The notes under the pieces: model-generated
What the model was told of the DNA's origin: nothing
What the model saw: the letters and a program-made list of their open reading frames with translations, nothing else
Databases searched by the model: none
In this document: one piece after another, positions 54,943 to 64,000 of the stretch
Layout of the letters: every line of letters starts with the position of its first letter
Numbering within the stretch: the first letter of the stretch is position 1
Made by a program: the position numbers and the translations under genes
Origin: Acidimicrobiales bacterium
Lineage (GTDB): Bacteria; Actinomycetota; Acidimicrobiia; Acidimicrobiales; SZUA-35
Direction of reading: 5' to 3'
Assembly: GCA_047974625.1 (NCBI GenBank)
Contig: JBKECK010000115.1
Location: forward strand, 1,854-65,853
Length of the DNA stretch: 64,000 nt

Positions 54943-56307
54943 ATGCCTGCCAACGGCGCCCCGCGCCGCCGCGCCGTGCGGGGTCGACGCGGTCGGGACC
55001 GGGCCCCGACCGGAACCCCAGATGTGCCCGGGGTTCGTGGGCAGCTCCGGCGCCGGATCACGGCCGCCGCGCTCGACCTGACGGTCGTGGCCGCACCGGT
55101 GGTCGCGCTGGCCTGGGTCCTGCGGACCCAGGTGCCGGACGGGGCCGGCTGGGCCGGAACCGCGCTGCGGTGGTCGCTGCCCAACGTGGTGCTGGTGGCC
55201 GCCAGCGGGCTGTTGTGGCTCGTGGCGGTGCTGGCGCTCCTTCCGGCCCTGACCGGCGACCGGACCCCCGGGATGCGCCTCACCGGCCTGGTGGTGCTCA
55301 ACGACCGTGGCCTCCCCGCCGACACCCTGCATCACCTGGTCCGGGCCCTGGCCGTCCCCGTGGACGTCCTGCCCGTCGTGGTTCCCGGCCTGGTGGGTCT
55401 GGTCTCGATCCTGGTCGACGTCGACCGTCGTCGGGTCGGTGACCGGTGGGCGGGAACGGTGGTGGTGGCGACCCCCACCCTGCGTCCCGCACACTCACGC
55501 CCGGCGGGCCCGGTCCGGTCCGCACCCTTCGTCGACGGGGGCGGGCGCCCGGAGGCGGGCAACGGGCCGCTGATGGCCGCCCTGCTGGCCGAGTTGCAGG
55601 ACCCGCCACCGATCACCCTCGACCTGCCGGACGACGCCCCGCCCCTGTCCCGGCCCGATCGGGGCCCGACTCCGGACGACGGGGGGCGGGACCGGCACGA
55701 CATCCGCATCCGGCCTCCCCTCCCGCCCTCGATGCGGGCGGTGACCCCACAGGGTGATCTGCCCCTGTCGAAACCCCGGCCCAGCGCCGGCCCGCCGTCC
55801 CCACCGGACCCGTTCGAAACACCGCGCCCACCCCGGGTGGTGCCGTCCAGCGGCCGGCGGGCGGCACCACCCGAACGGGCCCCTCGCTCCCCCAAACCGG
55901 CCGCCCGGTTGCCCGACCAGCTTTCCCCTTCCCGGCCAGCGGCCTCACGACATGCCGGACCGGCCCCGGACCCGGACCCGGAGTCCCGTCCCGAGGCGAC
56001 CCCCCGACCGGTTACGAGCCCCCGACCCGAGGCGACGCCACCGGAACCGGCCGGTCCCGGCCGGTCCCAACCGGCTCCCCCCGTCACCGGCTCGAGCCAT
56101 CTCGTCCGACCGGCCGGCGCCGATCGAGCCCCGGGGCCCGGGACGGGCCGAGGTCCGGATGGTCGGGCGGACGGTACCGGCGACCGGATCCGGCCCACAT
56201 GGGACGAGGCCGCCGGGACCTGGGTGGTCCGCCACCCCCGCACCGGTCGCCGGTACCGGTACGACCGGACCACCAGCACCTGGGTGCCCGACGGGCCGCA
56301 CCCCTGA
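54943..56307 (+). CDS. RDD family membrane protein with a long Pro-rich C-terminal tail
   Basis: The RDD-domain pattern is present (TPGMRLTGLVVLNDRG...DRRRVGDRWAGTVVV). The start is placed at the ATG at 54943 (MPANGAPRRR). Confidence 0.7.
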   Translation: MPANGAPRRRAVRGRRGRDRAPTGTPDVPGVRGQLRRRITAAALDLTVVAAPVVALAWVLRTQVPDGAGWAGTALRWSLPNVVLVAASGLLWLVAVLALLPALTGDRTPGMRLTGLVVLNDRGLPADTLHHLVRALAVPVDVLPVVVPGLVGLVSILVDVDRRRVGDRWAGTVVVATPTLRPAHSRPAGPVRSAPFVDGGGRPEAGNGPLMAALLAELQDPPPITLDLPDDAPPLSRPDRGPTPDDGGRDRHDIRIRPPLPPSMRAVTPQGDLPLSKPRPSAGPPSPPDPFETPRPPRVVPSSGRRAAPPERAPRSPKPAARLPDQLSPSRPAASRHAGPAPDPDPESRPEATPRPVTSPRPEATPPEPAGPGRSQPAPPVTGSSHLVRPAGADRAPGPGTGRGPDGRADGTGDRIRPTWDEAAGTWVVRHPRTGRRYRYDRTTSTWVPDGPHP

Positions 56308-56329
56308 TCCCGGGCGGCCCCGCCCGGGA

Positions 56330-57055
56330 TCAGGAGTCGAGCTGCTCGTAGAGGACTGCCGAGGCCTGCAACCGGCGTTCGATGTGCTGTTCGATCATCC
56401 TGGCGGCCAGGTGCTCCAGCTCCTGGGCCGTCTCCTCGGTGGTGGTGTCGAGCACCTGGCGGACGCGACCGTCCAGAACGAGGCGGAGGGCGTCGAGGGC
56501 TTCGGGGCCGATCGGCAGGCCCCGCCGATGCGAAGCGCAGAAGACCCCGCCCTCGTGCAGGCTGAGGGACACCAGCCCGTCGCGGCGTTCGCACGCCACG
56601 CAGGAATCTACCCGAGGCTGGACCCCGTCGAGGGCGAGCAGTTTGGCCACGAACGCCGGCACCACCAGACGGTTCCCGCTCCGGTCGAGCTCGGTGAGGG
56701 CACCGACGAGGAGCTTGTAGCGGGCCGGTTCGGATTCCCCCTCGGCGGTGGAGTGGTCGATGGCCTCGAGCAGGATCGCCGCCCGACTGATCCGGCCCAG
56801 GTCGGCCCGCAGCCCGGCCAGGGGCCGGACCCGCTCGGCCTGGGTGACGATGTCGAGATTGCGGCCCTCGTAGCACTGGACCTGGATGATGGAGGCCGGT
56901 TCCAGGCGGGAGCCGAACTTGCTCCTGGTCCGCCGGACCCCCTTGGCCACGGCCCGGATCTTGCCCCGGCCACGGCTGTAGAGAACGACGATCCGGTCGG
57001 CCTCCCCCAGCTTGTAGGTCCGCAGCACGACAGCCTCGTCCCGGTACAGGGCCAT
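56330..57055 (-). CDS. recO: DNA repair protein RecO
   Basis: MALYRDEAVVLRTYKLGEADRIVVLYSRGRGKIRAVAKGVRRTRSKFGSRLEP... and the Cys-containing zinc motif CVAC...C are present. The start is at the ATG at 57055. Confidence 0.9.
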   Translation of the reverse strand: MALYRDEAVVLRTYKLGEADRIVVLYSRGRGKIRAVAKGVRRTRSKFGSRLEPASIIQVQCYEGRNLDIVTQAERVRPLAGLRADLGRISRAAILLEAIDHSTAEGESEPARYKLLVGALTELDRSGNRLVVPAFVAKLLALDGVQPRVDSCVACERRDGLVSLSLHEGGVFCASHRRGLPIGPEALDALRLVLDGRVRQVLDTTTEETAQELEHLAARMIEQHIERRLQASAVLYEQLDS

Positions 57056-57057
57056 GG

Positions 57058-57783
57058 CTAGCCGCTCAAACCCCCGAAGCGCCGGTCGCGTCGCTGGTAT
57101 TCGGCGATGGCCTCGGCCAGGTGGTTGCGCCGGAAGGCCGGCCAGTAGGTCTCGACGAACACCAGCTCGGCGTAGGCCGACTGCCAGATCAGGTAGTTGG
57201 ACAGCCGGTGCTCCCCGGAGGTGCGAATCCATAGGTCGACCTCGGGCATCTCAGGGTCGTACAGGCGTTTGGAGATCGTGTCCTCGTCGATGGCGCCCGG
57301 GTCGATCCCTTCAGCCGCGATGGCCCGCACCGCGTCCACCAGCTCGGCTCGGGCCCCGTAGTTGAACGCGATGGTGAGCGTGAGTCGTCGATTACCGGCG
57401 GTGAGGGCCACCGACTCGTCCATCCGGCGCAGCAGGCGTTTCGGTACCCGCCAGTCCCGCCGGCCGATGAACCGGATGCGCACCCCCATCTCGTGGAGTT
57501 CATCGCGCCGGCCCACCAGCAACGACTCGTTGAAGCGCATCAGAAACCGGACCTCGTCGCCGGGGCGCCGCCAGTTCTCGGTGGAGAAGGCGTACACGGT
57601 GAGCCACGAGACCCCCAGCTCGATGGCCCCCTCGACCACGTCGAGCAGGGCCTCCTCGCCGGCGGCGTGCCCGTCAGTCCGCTTCAGGCCCCGCTGCTGG
57701 GCCCATCGGCCGTTGCCGTCCATCACGCAGGCGACGTGCCGGGGCACGCGATCGGAATCGATCGACGGGTTCGCAGTCATCAC
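57058..57783 (-). CDS. uppS: Isoprenyl transferase (undecaprenyl/decaprenyl diphosphate synthase family)
   Basis: HVACVMDGNGRWA, TVYAFSTENWRR and RTSGEHRLSN are present. Confidence 0.92.
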   Translation of the reverse strand: MMTANPSIDSDRVPRHVACVMDGNGRWAQQRGLKRTDGHAAGEEALLDVVEGAIELGVSWLTVYAFSTENWRRPGDEVRFLMRFNESLLVGRRDELHEMGVRIRFIGRRDWRVPKRLLRRMDESVALTAGNRRLTLTIAFNYGARAELVDAVRAIAAEGIDPGAIDEDTISKRLYDPEMPEVDLWIRTSGEHRLSNYLIWQSAYAELVFVETYWPAFRRNHLAEAIAEYQRRDRRFGGLSG

Positions 57784-57856
57784 CGAGAACCGTAGCGAGC
57801 CGTGTCCGTTACCGGACGGCCGTCACCGGCGACGGGCCGGTCCGGATCGCCTCCGC

Positions 57857-59122
57857 CTAGTCTTCAGCCTGGTCGAGCACGGTGTCGGGGCCCCGGACCG
57901 CCGATCCCGGCTGGTTGGATGCGCTCCCCGGCCGGTTGGTGCTCGCACTCGGCTCGGGCGACGTCACGGACGGTTTCGGTTTGGGGGTGCTGGTGGGCCC
58001 GGGCGCCGGGGTGGCGGTGACGGGCGATTCGGTCGATGGCGGGCTGGGGCCTACCGTCACCGACGGCTCCGGGGCGGGTGACGGTAGAGGCCTCGGGGTG
58101 GGGGCGACCGTGGGAGCCGGGGACGGGGCCGGCGTGGGGGCGGGTGCCGGCCTACTGTTCGGGGCCCTGGTGGTCGTGGTCCGGCGATGGCCGGTGGCGG
58201 CGCTGGTCCTGGTGGTCCGCCGGGGGGCCACGGTTGGCGGGTTGGTCTGCGGGGGGACGGTCTCGCCCGTCCCGACCACCGGGGCAGCCGGTTCGCTCGC
58301 CGGGGTGGTGGCGCTGGAGGGAGCGATGGTGGATCGTGCTGTCCCGGCCGACGCCGTGGCCGGGACAGTGGTGGACGCCGACGGGATGAACCCGGTTCCC
58401 GGCGGGACCGCCCCGGTGGTGGTGAGTTGGCGCTGCACGATCACCACGCCGATGGCGGCCACCCCGGCCACGAGGGCCCCGCTGAGCGCGATGGTGAACC
58501 AGCCCCGGTCGGCCAGCTCGGCCAGCCGGGAACGCCAGTCGGCGGGCGGCTCCACCAGGGTGGGGGTCTGGCGGGCGTGCCCGGGGGGGTCCTCGTCGAC
58601 GCCAAGGACGACCCGGCTCGGCTTGGGGCCGAACAGGGGGGCGTCTGGGGGGGTGGACCACCGGACCGGGCCCGCGGCCGGCCCGGGGTCGGTGACCGGC
58701 TCGCTCACGATCGGCGGGGCCCCCGACGACCATTCGTCCGGGTGGGGCGGGGCTCCGTCGATGGGTTCGTCCGCTTCGCCGGACCCCTTGGGGTGCCGCG
58801 ACGCCCACCGGAACAGGCGGGCGTCCTCGCCGACCACGGGGGCGGTGTCGCCGTCCTGGCCGATGATCACCGACCGGGATGGACCGGGGCCGGACGGGTC
58901 GGGGCCGCCGGATCCCGAATCGGGCGAGTCGGAGGGCGAACCGGGCGGGGTGGGCAAACCGGCGGGTTCGGCCGGCTCGTCGGGGGCAGGCTTGGCCGTC
59001 CCCCCGTGCTTCCGGGATCCGAAACCGGTTGAGCCGCGAGGATGGCGGGCCCCGTTCAGTGGGGATGATCCACCGCGGGGCGGCGGATTGCCGGCCCCGG
59101 GTGTTCCGTCCTCCTCACGCAT
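57857..59122 (-). CDS. Pro/Thr/Ser-rich single-pass membrane protein, function unknown
   Basis: A 421-aa ORF with one TM helix (WFTIALSGALVAGVAAIGVVIV). Both flanks are low-complexity, and the coding call is supported mainly by its length and position. Confidence 0.5.
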   Translation of the reverse strand: MREEDGTPGAGNPPPRGGSSPLNGARHPRGSTGFGSRKHGGTAKPAPDEPAEPAGLPTPPGSPSDSPDSGSGGPDPSGPGPSRSVIIGQDGDTAPVVGEDARLFRWASRHPKGSGEADEPIDGAPPHPDEWSSGAPPIVSEPVTDPGPAAGPVRWSTPPDAPLFGPKPSRVVLGVDEDPPGHARQTPTLVEPPADWRSRLAELADRGWFTIALSGALVAGVAAIGVVIVQRQLTTTGAVPPGTGFIPSASTTVPATASAGTARSTIAPSSATTPASEPAAPVVGTGETVPPQTNPPTVAPRRTTRTSAATGHRRTTTTRAPNSRPAPAPTPAPSPAPTVAPTPRPLPSPAPEPSVTVGPSPPSTESPVTATPAPGPTSTPKPKPSVTSPEPSASTNRPGSASNQPGSAVRGPDTVLDQAED

Positions 59123-59188
59123 GCTCGCTCACTCCCGACATCCTCGGCGCCCGGCCCGTTACGAGCACCGTCGAGGTTAGTCCGTAGG

Positions 59189-61120
59189 ATGCGGACGATG
59201 TCCCGACCACAAAGCCGTTTGGGCGAGGTGACCCAGCACCTGCCGGGGGGTGGCGAAGACCGCCCGGGCCAGCGCCGCATGGCCGAACTCGTGGGCGAAG
59301 CGATCGCAGATCGTTCCACCCTGGCGGTCGAGGCTGGGACCGGAACCGGCAAGTCGTTCGCCTACCTGACCCCGGTGTTGGCCGCCGACGCCCGAGCCGT
59401 GGTGGCCACCGCCACCATCGCCCTCCAGAGCCAGCTGGCCGAGACCGACGCGCCCACCGTGGCCGGGGGCCTGGGCCGGGCCGACGTGGACGTAGCCGTG
59501 TTGAAGGGGCGCAGCAACTACCTCTGCCTCCAGCGGCTGGCCGAGCTGGGCCGAGCCGAGCGCAACGAGCAGATGCAACTGCTCGGTGGCCGCAACCCGG
59601 ACGACCGCCTGGCCGCCATCGCCGAGTGGGCGGCCGAGACCACGACCGGTGACCGGGAGGAGCTCGATCCCTCTCCCCCACCCGAGGTGTGGTCGGCGGT
59701 GAGCGTGGGTGCCGACGAGTGCCCGGGCGCGGCCCGGTGCCCCCAGGGCGACGTGTGTTGGGCCGAGCTGGCCCGACGGCGGGCGGCCGAGGCCGACATC
59801 GTGGTGACGAACCACCACTACTACGGCCTGCACCTGGCCTCGGAGCACGACCTGTTGCCCGAGCACGACGTGGTCGTGTTCGACGAGGCCCACCAGCTTC
59901 CCGACACCCTCGGGGCGACCTGCGGCACCGAGTTGGGCGGCGGCCGGATCCGGTCCCTGGCCGCCCAGGCCCGCCGGCTCCTGACCGACGCCGAACTGGC
60001 GGAGCGGCTCGACACCGCCGCCGCTGACCTCGACGCCCGTCTCCGACCCCAGCGGAGCCGTTCGGTGGCCCTCGACGCCGACCTGGTGGCCGTGCTCGTC
60101 ACCGGACGGGACCGGGTGGAGCGGGTGATGGCGGCGGCCCGCCGGATCCGCCCTCCCTCCGGGAGTGACGTGGGCGCCCGGGTGGAGCGGATCCTGGTCG
60201 GGGCGACAGCCCTGATCGAGGCCATCGACGCCGTCATCGCCGCCGACGACGATGACGTGTTGTGGGTTGACGGTCCCGAGACGGCCCCGATGCTGCGCCG
60301 GACCCCGCTCGAGGTCGGACCCCTGCTGGCCGAGCGGCTGTGGTCGGAACGGGCCGTGGTGCTGACCAGCGCCACCCTGGCCGACGGGGTGGTGGCCCGG
60401 CTCGGCCTCGACCCGGCCGCCCAACCGGTGGAGCGCCTGGGTTCGCCGTTCGACTTCGAGCGGCAGGGTTTGCTGTACTGCCCCGCCCACCTGCCCGATC
60501 CGCGCCACCCTGACCACCGCCGCCACACCCACGACGAGATCGCCGCCCTGGCCACAGCGGCCGGGGGCCGGACCCTCGCCCTGTTCACCAGCTATTCGGC
60601 CATGCAGGAGGCCGCCGACGCCCTCGCCGGCCGGCTCCCCGGACCGATCCTGGTGCAGGGGCAGGGATCGCGGCAGGGCCTGATAGACCGCCTCCGTCAC
60701 GAGCCCGGGGCGGTCCTGCTGGCCACCATGGCCTTCTGGCAGGGGGTGGACGTGGCCGGGGATGCCCTGACCGTGGTCACCATCGACCGCCTGCCGTTCC
60801 CACGACCGGACGAGCCGGTGTCACGCACCCGCCGGGAACGGGCCGGGGCGGACGGGTTCCGGACCGTCGACCTGCCCCGGGCCCAGACCCTGCTGGCCCA
60901 GGCCGCCGGTCGTCTCATCCGCCGGGCCGACGACCGGGGGGTGGTGGCCGTGCTCGACTCCCGCCTGGCCACCAACCGGCACTACCGGTGGGAGCTGATC
61001 GGGGCCCTCCCTCCGTTCCGGCGGACCCGGTCCCGGGCCGAGGCCTGCGACTGGCTGGCGGCGATCAACACGGCCGCAACGGACGGCGCGGCCCCCAACA
61101 ACACAGCCGCCGGTGGTTGA
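59189..61120 (+). CDS. ATP-dependent DNA helicase, DinG/XPD-like (superfamily 2)
   Basis: Walker A AGTGTGKSFAY and the DEAH box VVFDEAHQL are present. Cys residues sit between them (C..C..C-type insert), and the C-terminal helicase motifs are recognisable. Confidence 0.85.
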   Translation: MRTMSRPQSRLGEVTQHLPGGGEDRPGQRRMAELVGEAIADRSTLAVEAGTGTGKSFAYLTPVLAADARAVVATATIALQSQLAETDAPTVAGGLGRADVDVAVLKGRSNYLCLQRLAELGRAERNEQMQLLGGRNPDDRLAAIAEWAAETTTGDREELDPSPPPEVWSAVSVGADECPGAARCPQGDVCWAELARRRAAEADIVVTNHHYYGLHLASEHDLLPEHDVVVFDEAHQLPDTLGATCGTELGGGRIRSLAAQARRLLTDAELAERLDTAAADLDARLRPQRSRSVALDADLVAVLVTGRDRVERVMAAARRIRPPSGSDVGARVERILVGATALIEAIDAVIAADDDDVLWVDGPETAPMLRRTPLEVGPLLAERLWSERAVVLTSATLADGVVARLGLDPAAQPVERLGSPFDFERQGLLYCPAHLPDPRHPDHRRHTHDEIAALATAAGGRTLALFTSYSAMQEAADALAGRLPGPILVQGQGSRQGLIDRLRHEPGAVLLATMAFWQGVDVAGDALTVVTIDRLPFPRPDEPVSRTRRERAGADGFRTVDLPRAQTLLAQAAGRLIRRADDRGVVAVLDSRLATNRHYRWELIGALPPFRRTRSRAEACDWLAAINTAATDGAAPNNTAAGG

Positions 61121-61126
61121 ACCGGG

Positions 61127-61990
61127 TCAGTAGCCGAGGCGTTCGATGGTGTGCCGGTCGTGCTGCCAGTTGGGGGCGACAGTCACGAACAGTTCGAGGT
61201 AGGCGCCGGCCGGGAGCTGGCGGCGCACCACGCTGCCCACCTCCTTGAGGACCTGGCCGCCCTTGCCGATCACGATGCCCTTCTGGGAATCCCGTTCGAC
61301 CAGGATCTCGACCCGGATCCGGGGCCATTCCCATTCGGTGACCCGGGTGGCCACCGAGTGGGGGACCTCTTCGCGGGTGACCCGCAGGAGCTGTTCGCGG
61401 ACCAGTTCGGCCGCCCACCGGTGTTCCGGGGTGTCGCTGACCTGGTCGGCCGGGTACCAGTGGGGGCCGGGAGGCATCTGGTCGACGAGGTGGTCGACGA
61501 GGGGTTCGACGCCGCGCCCGGTGAAGGCGGACACGGGGAAGTAGGCGTCGAGGCCGAACTGGCTGAGGGCCTCGAGCTGGCCGAGGACCCGTTCGGGGGC
61601 GAGACCGTCGACCTTGTTGAGGACGCCGACGGTGTGGAGGGAACGGTCGAGCTGCTCGGCTAGGAACCGGTCGCCCTTGCCCACACCAGAGTGGGCGTCC
61701 ACGAGAAGGCACACGGCGTCGACCCCGGAACGGGCCGAGGCGGCGGTGTCATTGAGGCGGCCGCCGAGCGCGGTGCGGGGTTTGGACACCCCGGGGGTAT
61801 CGACGAACACGAGCTGGCTGCCGGACCGGGTCAGGACGCCCCGCACCTCGTGGCGGGTGGTCTGGGCCTTGTCGGAGACGATGGACACCTTCCGTTCGAC
61901 CATGGTGTTGACCAGGGTCGACTTGCCGACGTTGGGCCGCCCAACCAGGGCAACGAACCCCGACCGGAACTCACCGTTGTGGGCGGTCAC
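61127..61990 (-). CDS. era: GTPase Era
   Basis: G1 GRPNVGKSTL, G3 DTPG and G4 NKVD are present. The C-terminal KH domain contains VERDSQKGIVIGKGG. Confidence 0.93.
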   Translation of the reverse strand: MTAHNGEFRSGFVALVGRPNVGKSTLVNTMVERKVSIVSDKAQTTRHEVRGVLTRSGSQLVFVDTPGVSKPRTALGGRLNDTAASARSGVDAVCLLVDAHSGVGKGDRFLAEQLDRSLHTVGVLNKVDGLAPERVLGQLEALSQFGLDAYFPVSAFTGRGVEPLVDHLVDQMPPGPHWYPADQVSDTPEHRWAAELVREQLLRVTREEVPHSVATRVTEWEWPRIRVEILVERDSQKGIVIGKGGQVLKEVGSVVRRQLPAGAYLELFVTVAPNWQHDRHTIERLGY

Positions 61991-63345
61991 TCGTTCCCCG
62001 TCTCCACCGGGCCGGACGCCACCTGGGCGATCCGTACCCGCGTAATGCGGCGCCCCTGGAGACGTTCGACCCGCAGCTGGTACTCACTCACCGCGCAGGT
62101 GTCGCCCACCGCTGGTACACGCCCGAACCGATCGAACACCAAGCCTCCTACGGTGTCCCAGTCCCCTTGGGGGAGATCCATACCGGCCAGGTCGTTGAGC
62201 TCATCGATGGCGATCCTGGCATCGACCCGCAGGGTACCGTCCCGCTGCCGTTCCACGAGGGGCCGTTCGACGTCATACTCGTCGAAGATCTCCCCCACGA
62301 GCTCCTCGATGAGATCTTCGAGGGTGACCAGGCCGGCGATACCACCGTACTCGTCCACCGCGATGGCCATGTGGAACTGCTCCCGCTGCATCTCCTGGAG
62401 CAGCTCGGACACCTTCTTGGATTCGGGTACGAACCGGGCCGGACGGAGCAGGGGCTGGACGGGCTGGTCGGGGCGACCGTCGAGCTCGGCCCGGATCAGG
62501 TCCTTGACGTAGACGAGGCCGACGACGTCGTCGATCGAGTCCCCTACCGCCGGCACCCGGGAGAGCCCGGCCGCCGAGGTGACCTCGAGGGCCTCGGCCA
62601 CGGTGACCTGGCGGTCGACGGTGGTCATGTCGGTGCGGGGCACCATGACCTCCCGCACGACGGTGCCGCTGAACTCGATGACCGACTCGATCAGGTCCCG
62701 CTCCTGGGGTTCGATCACGTCGTCCTCGACCGCCGCGTCGGCCAGGGCGATGAGCTCCTGGGCGGAGGAGAACGGGCCCTGGCGCAGGCCGCTGCCCGGG
62801 ACGATCAGGTTGGTCAGGGCGATCAGCCGCCCGGCCAACCACCGGATCGGCCGAAACCGGGTGATGGCACTGACGAGGCCGGATAGATCGAGGGCCGTGC
62901 GGTCGGCGTGGAGGATACCGATAGTGCGGGGCAGGGCCTCGGCCACGACGAACACCACCGCCATGTTGAACGCAACCACCAGCAGGGCCAACGGCCAGGC
63001 CAGGAAACGGTTGGCCAGCCAGGCGGCCACCGTGGTCTCGGTGAGTTGCACGATGAGCACCACGAGCCGGAGGGGGTTGAGGACGGCCTCGGGTTCGGCC
63101 AGCATCCGCTCCACCCGGGCGGCCCGTTTCGGCTCGACCTCGGCCAGGGCCTCGATGCGGACCGTGTTGGTCCGGGTGAGGGCCTCCTCCGCCGCCACCA
63201 GGGCGACGGAAAGGACCAGCAGGATGACGATGACCACCACCCCGGCCACATCGACCGAGCGCATCGCGGCGCCCAGCAGCGGGGTGCCGCCGAACAGACC
63301 CGCACCCGCACCCGCACCCAGCAGCGGGGTGCCGAGTCCGGTCAC
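61987..63345 (-). CDS. Hemolysin family / CNNM protein (DUF21 TM domain, CBS pair, CorC_HlyC)
   Basis: The N-terminal TM domain is followed by CBS-pair sequence (VREVMVPRTDM...) and a CorC-type C-terminus. It overlaps era by 4 nt. Confidence 0.85.
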   Translation of the reverse strand: MTGLGTPLLGAGAGAGLFGGTPLLGAAMRSVDVAGVVVIVILLVLSVALVAAEEALTRTNTVRIEALAEVEPKRAARVERMLAEPEAVLNPLRLVVLIVQLTETTVAAWLANRFLAWPLALLVVAFNMAVVFVVAEALPRTIGILHADRTALDLSGLVSAITRFRPIRWLAGRLIALTNLIVPGSGLRQGPFSSAQELIALADAAVEDDVIEPQERDLIESVIEFSGTVVREVMVPRTDMTTVDRQVTVAEALEVTSAAGLSRVPAVGDSIDDVVGLVYVKDLIRAELDGRPDQPVQPLLRPARFVPESKKVSELLQEMQREQFHMAIAVDEYGGIAGLVTLEDLIEELVGEIFDEYDVERPLVERQRDGTLRVDARIAIDELNDLAGMDLPQGDWDTVGGLVFDRFGRVPAVGDTCAVSEYQLRVERLQGRRITRVRIAQVASGPVETGNE

Positions 63346-63869
63346 GACGGCACCGGGTGACCGATCCCGTAGCGGGCCAGGTGGTGCCGTTCCCGGCGCT
63401 GCATCTCGGCCCGTTCGTCAGCCTCGGCGTGGTCGTGGCCCAGGATGTGGAGGACACCGTGGACGATCAGCAGGGTCAGCTCCGCAGTTTCGGTGCCCGC
63501 GTGCTCGGGGGCCTGGCTCCGGGCCACCTCGGGGCAGACCACAACGTCGCCCAGGTGGACGGAGATCGTGACCGGTCCCCGGTCGGATCCGGCCGGGCCG
63601 CTGCCGGGCGGGGTGACGATGTCGGGTCCGTCGAGGGGGAAGGCGAGCACGTCGGTGGGCCCGTCGGCGCCCATGTGGGTCGCGTTGAGCTCGGCCATGG
63701 CGTCACGGTCGACGAACAGGAGGTCGAGGTGGCCGCCGGTCACGCCCTCGGCAACGAGGGTGGCGGAGGCCACGGCGGCCCAATGGTCGGGGTCGTCGAG
63801 GCCGTCGTCGGTCCGGTCGTCGACGGTCACCGTGACCCCGGTTCCCGGGGTCGGATCCGGTCCCGTCAT
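63342..63869 (-). CDS. ybeY: rRNA maturation RNase YbeY
   Basis: The zinc motif HGVLHILGHDH is present. It overlaps both neighbours by 4 nt (63342-63345) and 3 nt (63866-63868). Confidence 0.92.
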   Translation of the reverse strand: MTGPDPTPGTGVTVTVDDRTDDGLDDPDHWAAVASATLVAEGVTGGHLDLLFVDRDAMAELNATHMGADGPTDVLAFPLDGPDIVTPPGSGPAGSDRGPVTISVHLGDVVVCPEVARSQAPEHAGTETAELTLLIVHGVLHILGHDHAEADERAEMQRRERHHLARYGIGHPVPS

Positions 63870-64000
63870 CGGCGGTCGCGTGGGCGGTTCCGACCCGGCC
63901 GGTCGTTCGACGACGACCCACGTTCCTCGATGTGCCGGGCGTAGGCGTCCACGATGTCCTGGACGATCCGGTGGCGGACCACGTCGGCCGAGGTCAGCCG
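63866..64000 (-). CDS. phoH: PhoH family protein, C-terminal end only (gene continues beyond the window)
   Basis: Own translation gives ...RLTSADVVRHRIVQDIVDAYARHIEERGSSSNDRPGRNRPRDRR-stop. The DVVRH.LV..IV.AY pattern is typical of PhoH C-termini, and the conserved phoH-ybeY-CBS-era order supports the call. Confidence 0.7.
   Translation of the reverse strand, partial: RLTSADVVRHRIVQDIVDAYARHIEERGSSSNDRPGRNRPRDRR

Noticed and set aside
55332-56876. 514-aa minus-strand Arg/Pro/Gly-rich ORF. Similar cases are 37424..39292, 40236..41420, 7315..9600 and 23 others in the track.
   Set aside because: These overlap better-supported genes on the other strand or in another frame, and their composition is that of mistranslated GC-rich sequence.
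1-64000. CRISPR arrays, rRNA genes, toxin-antitoxin pairs or recognisable phage-defence genes
   Set aside because: I looked for regularly spaced repeats and characteristic motifs on both strands and found none.

Overview
This is a high-GC, Actinomycetota-like chromosomal segment, densely coding on both strands. All calls rest on my own translation and motif recognition; no searches were run.

**Layout**
- **1-7.2 kb:** a minus-strand operon that matches a daptide-type RiPP biosynthetic cluster. It has three small precursor genes that all end in Thr; two of them are missing from the supplied ORF track. Downstream are a 56-aa membrane peptide, an ABC ATPase and permease, an M50 intramembrane metalloprotease, a 370-aa protein without catalytic motifs, a SAM methyltransferase and a class III aminotransferase. 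The cluster runs off the left edge, where the expected dehydrogenase should lie.
- **7-33 kb:** mixed metabolic and regulatory genes. These include a molybdopterin oxidoreductase flanked by two decayed hydrolase genes, TetR, hrpA, a P450, an amidohydrolase and an ECF sigma factor translationally coupled to a Ser/Thr kinase.
- **33.6-35.9 kb:** a decayed integrative element at tRNA-Met. It holds an integrase pseudogene cut by nested IS30-like copies and is bounded by a 21-bp imperfect direct repeat.
- **36-45.6 kb:** a CoA-transferase, a second paralogous kinase, an MFS transporter, and an ECF sigma factor with a large anti-sigma-like protein.
- **45.6-50.3 kb:** a mosaic island at tRNA-Asn with a 5'-truncated IS110-family gene, an intact IS30-family element, AT-rich cargo carrying a frameshifted MFS gene, and an integrase N-terminal remnant.
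- **50.3-64 kb:** conserved housekeeping genes (rpoD, dnaG, glyQS, recO, uppS, era, ybeY, phoH).

**Caveats**
- Several genes carry frameshifts. These could be real decay or assembly errors.
- Many long ORFs in the track are antisense shadows typical of high-GC DNA and were rejected.
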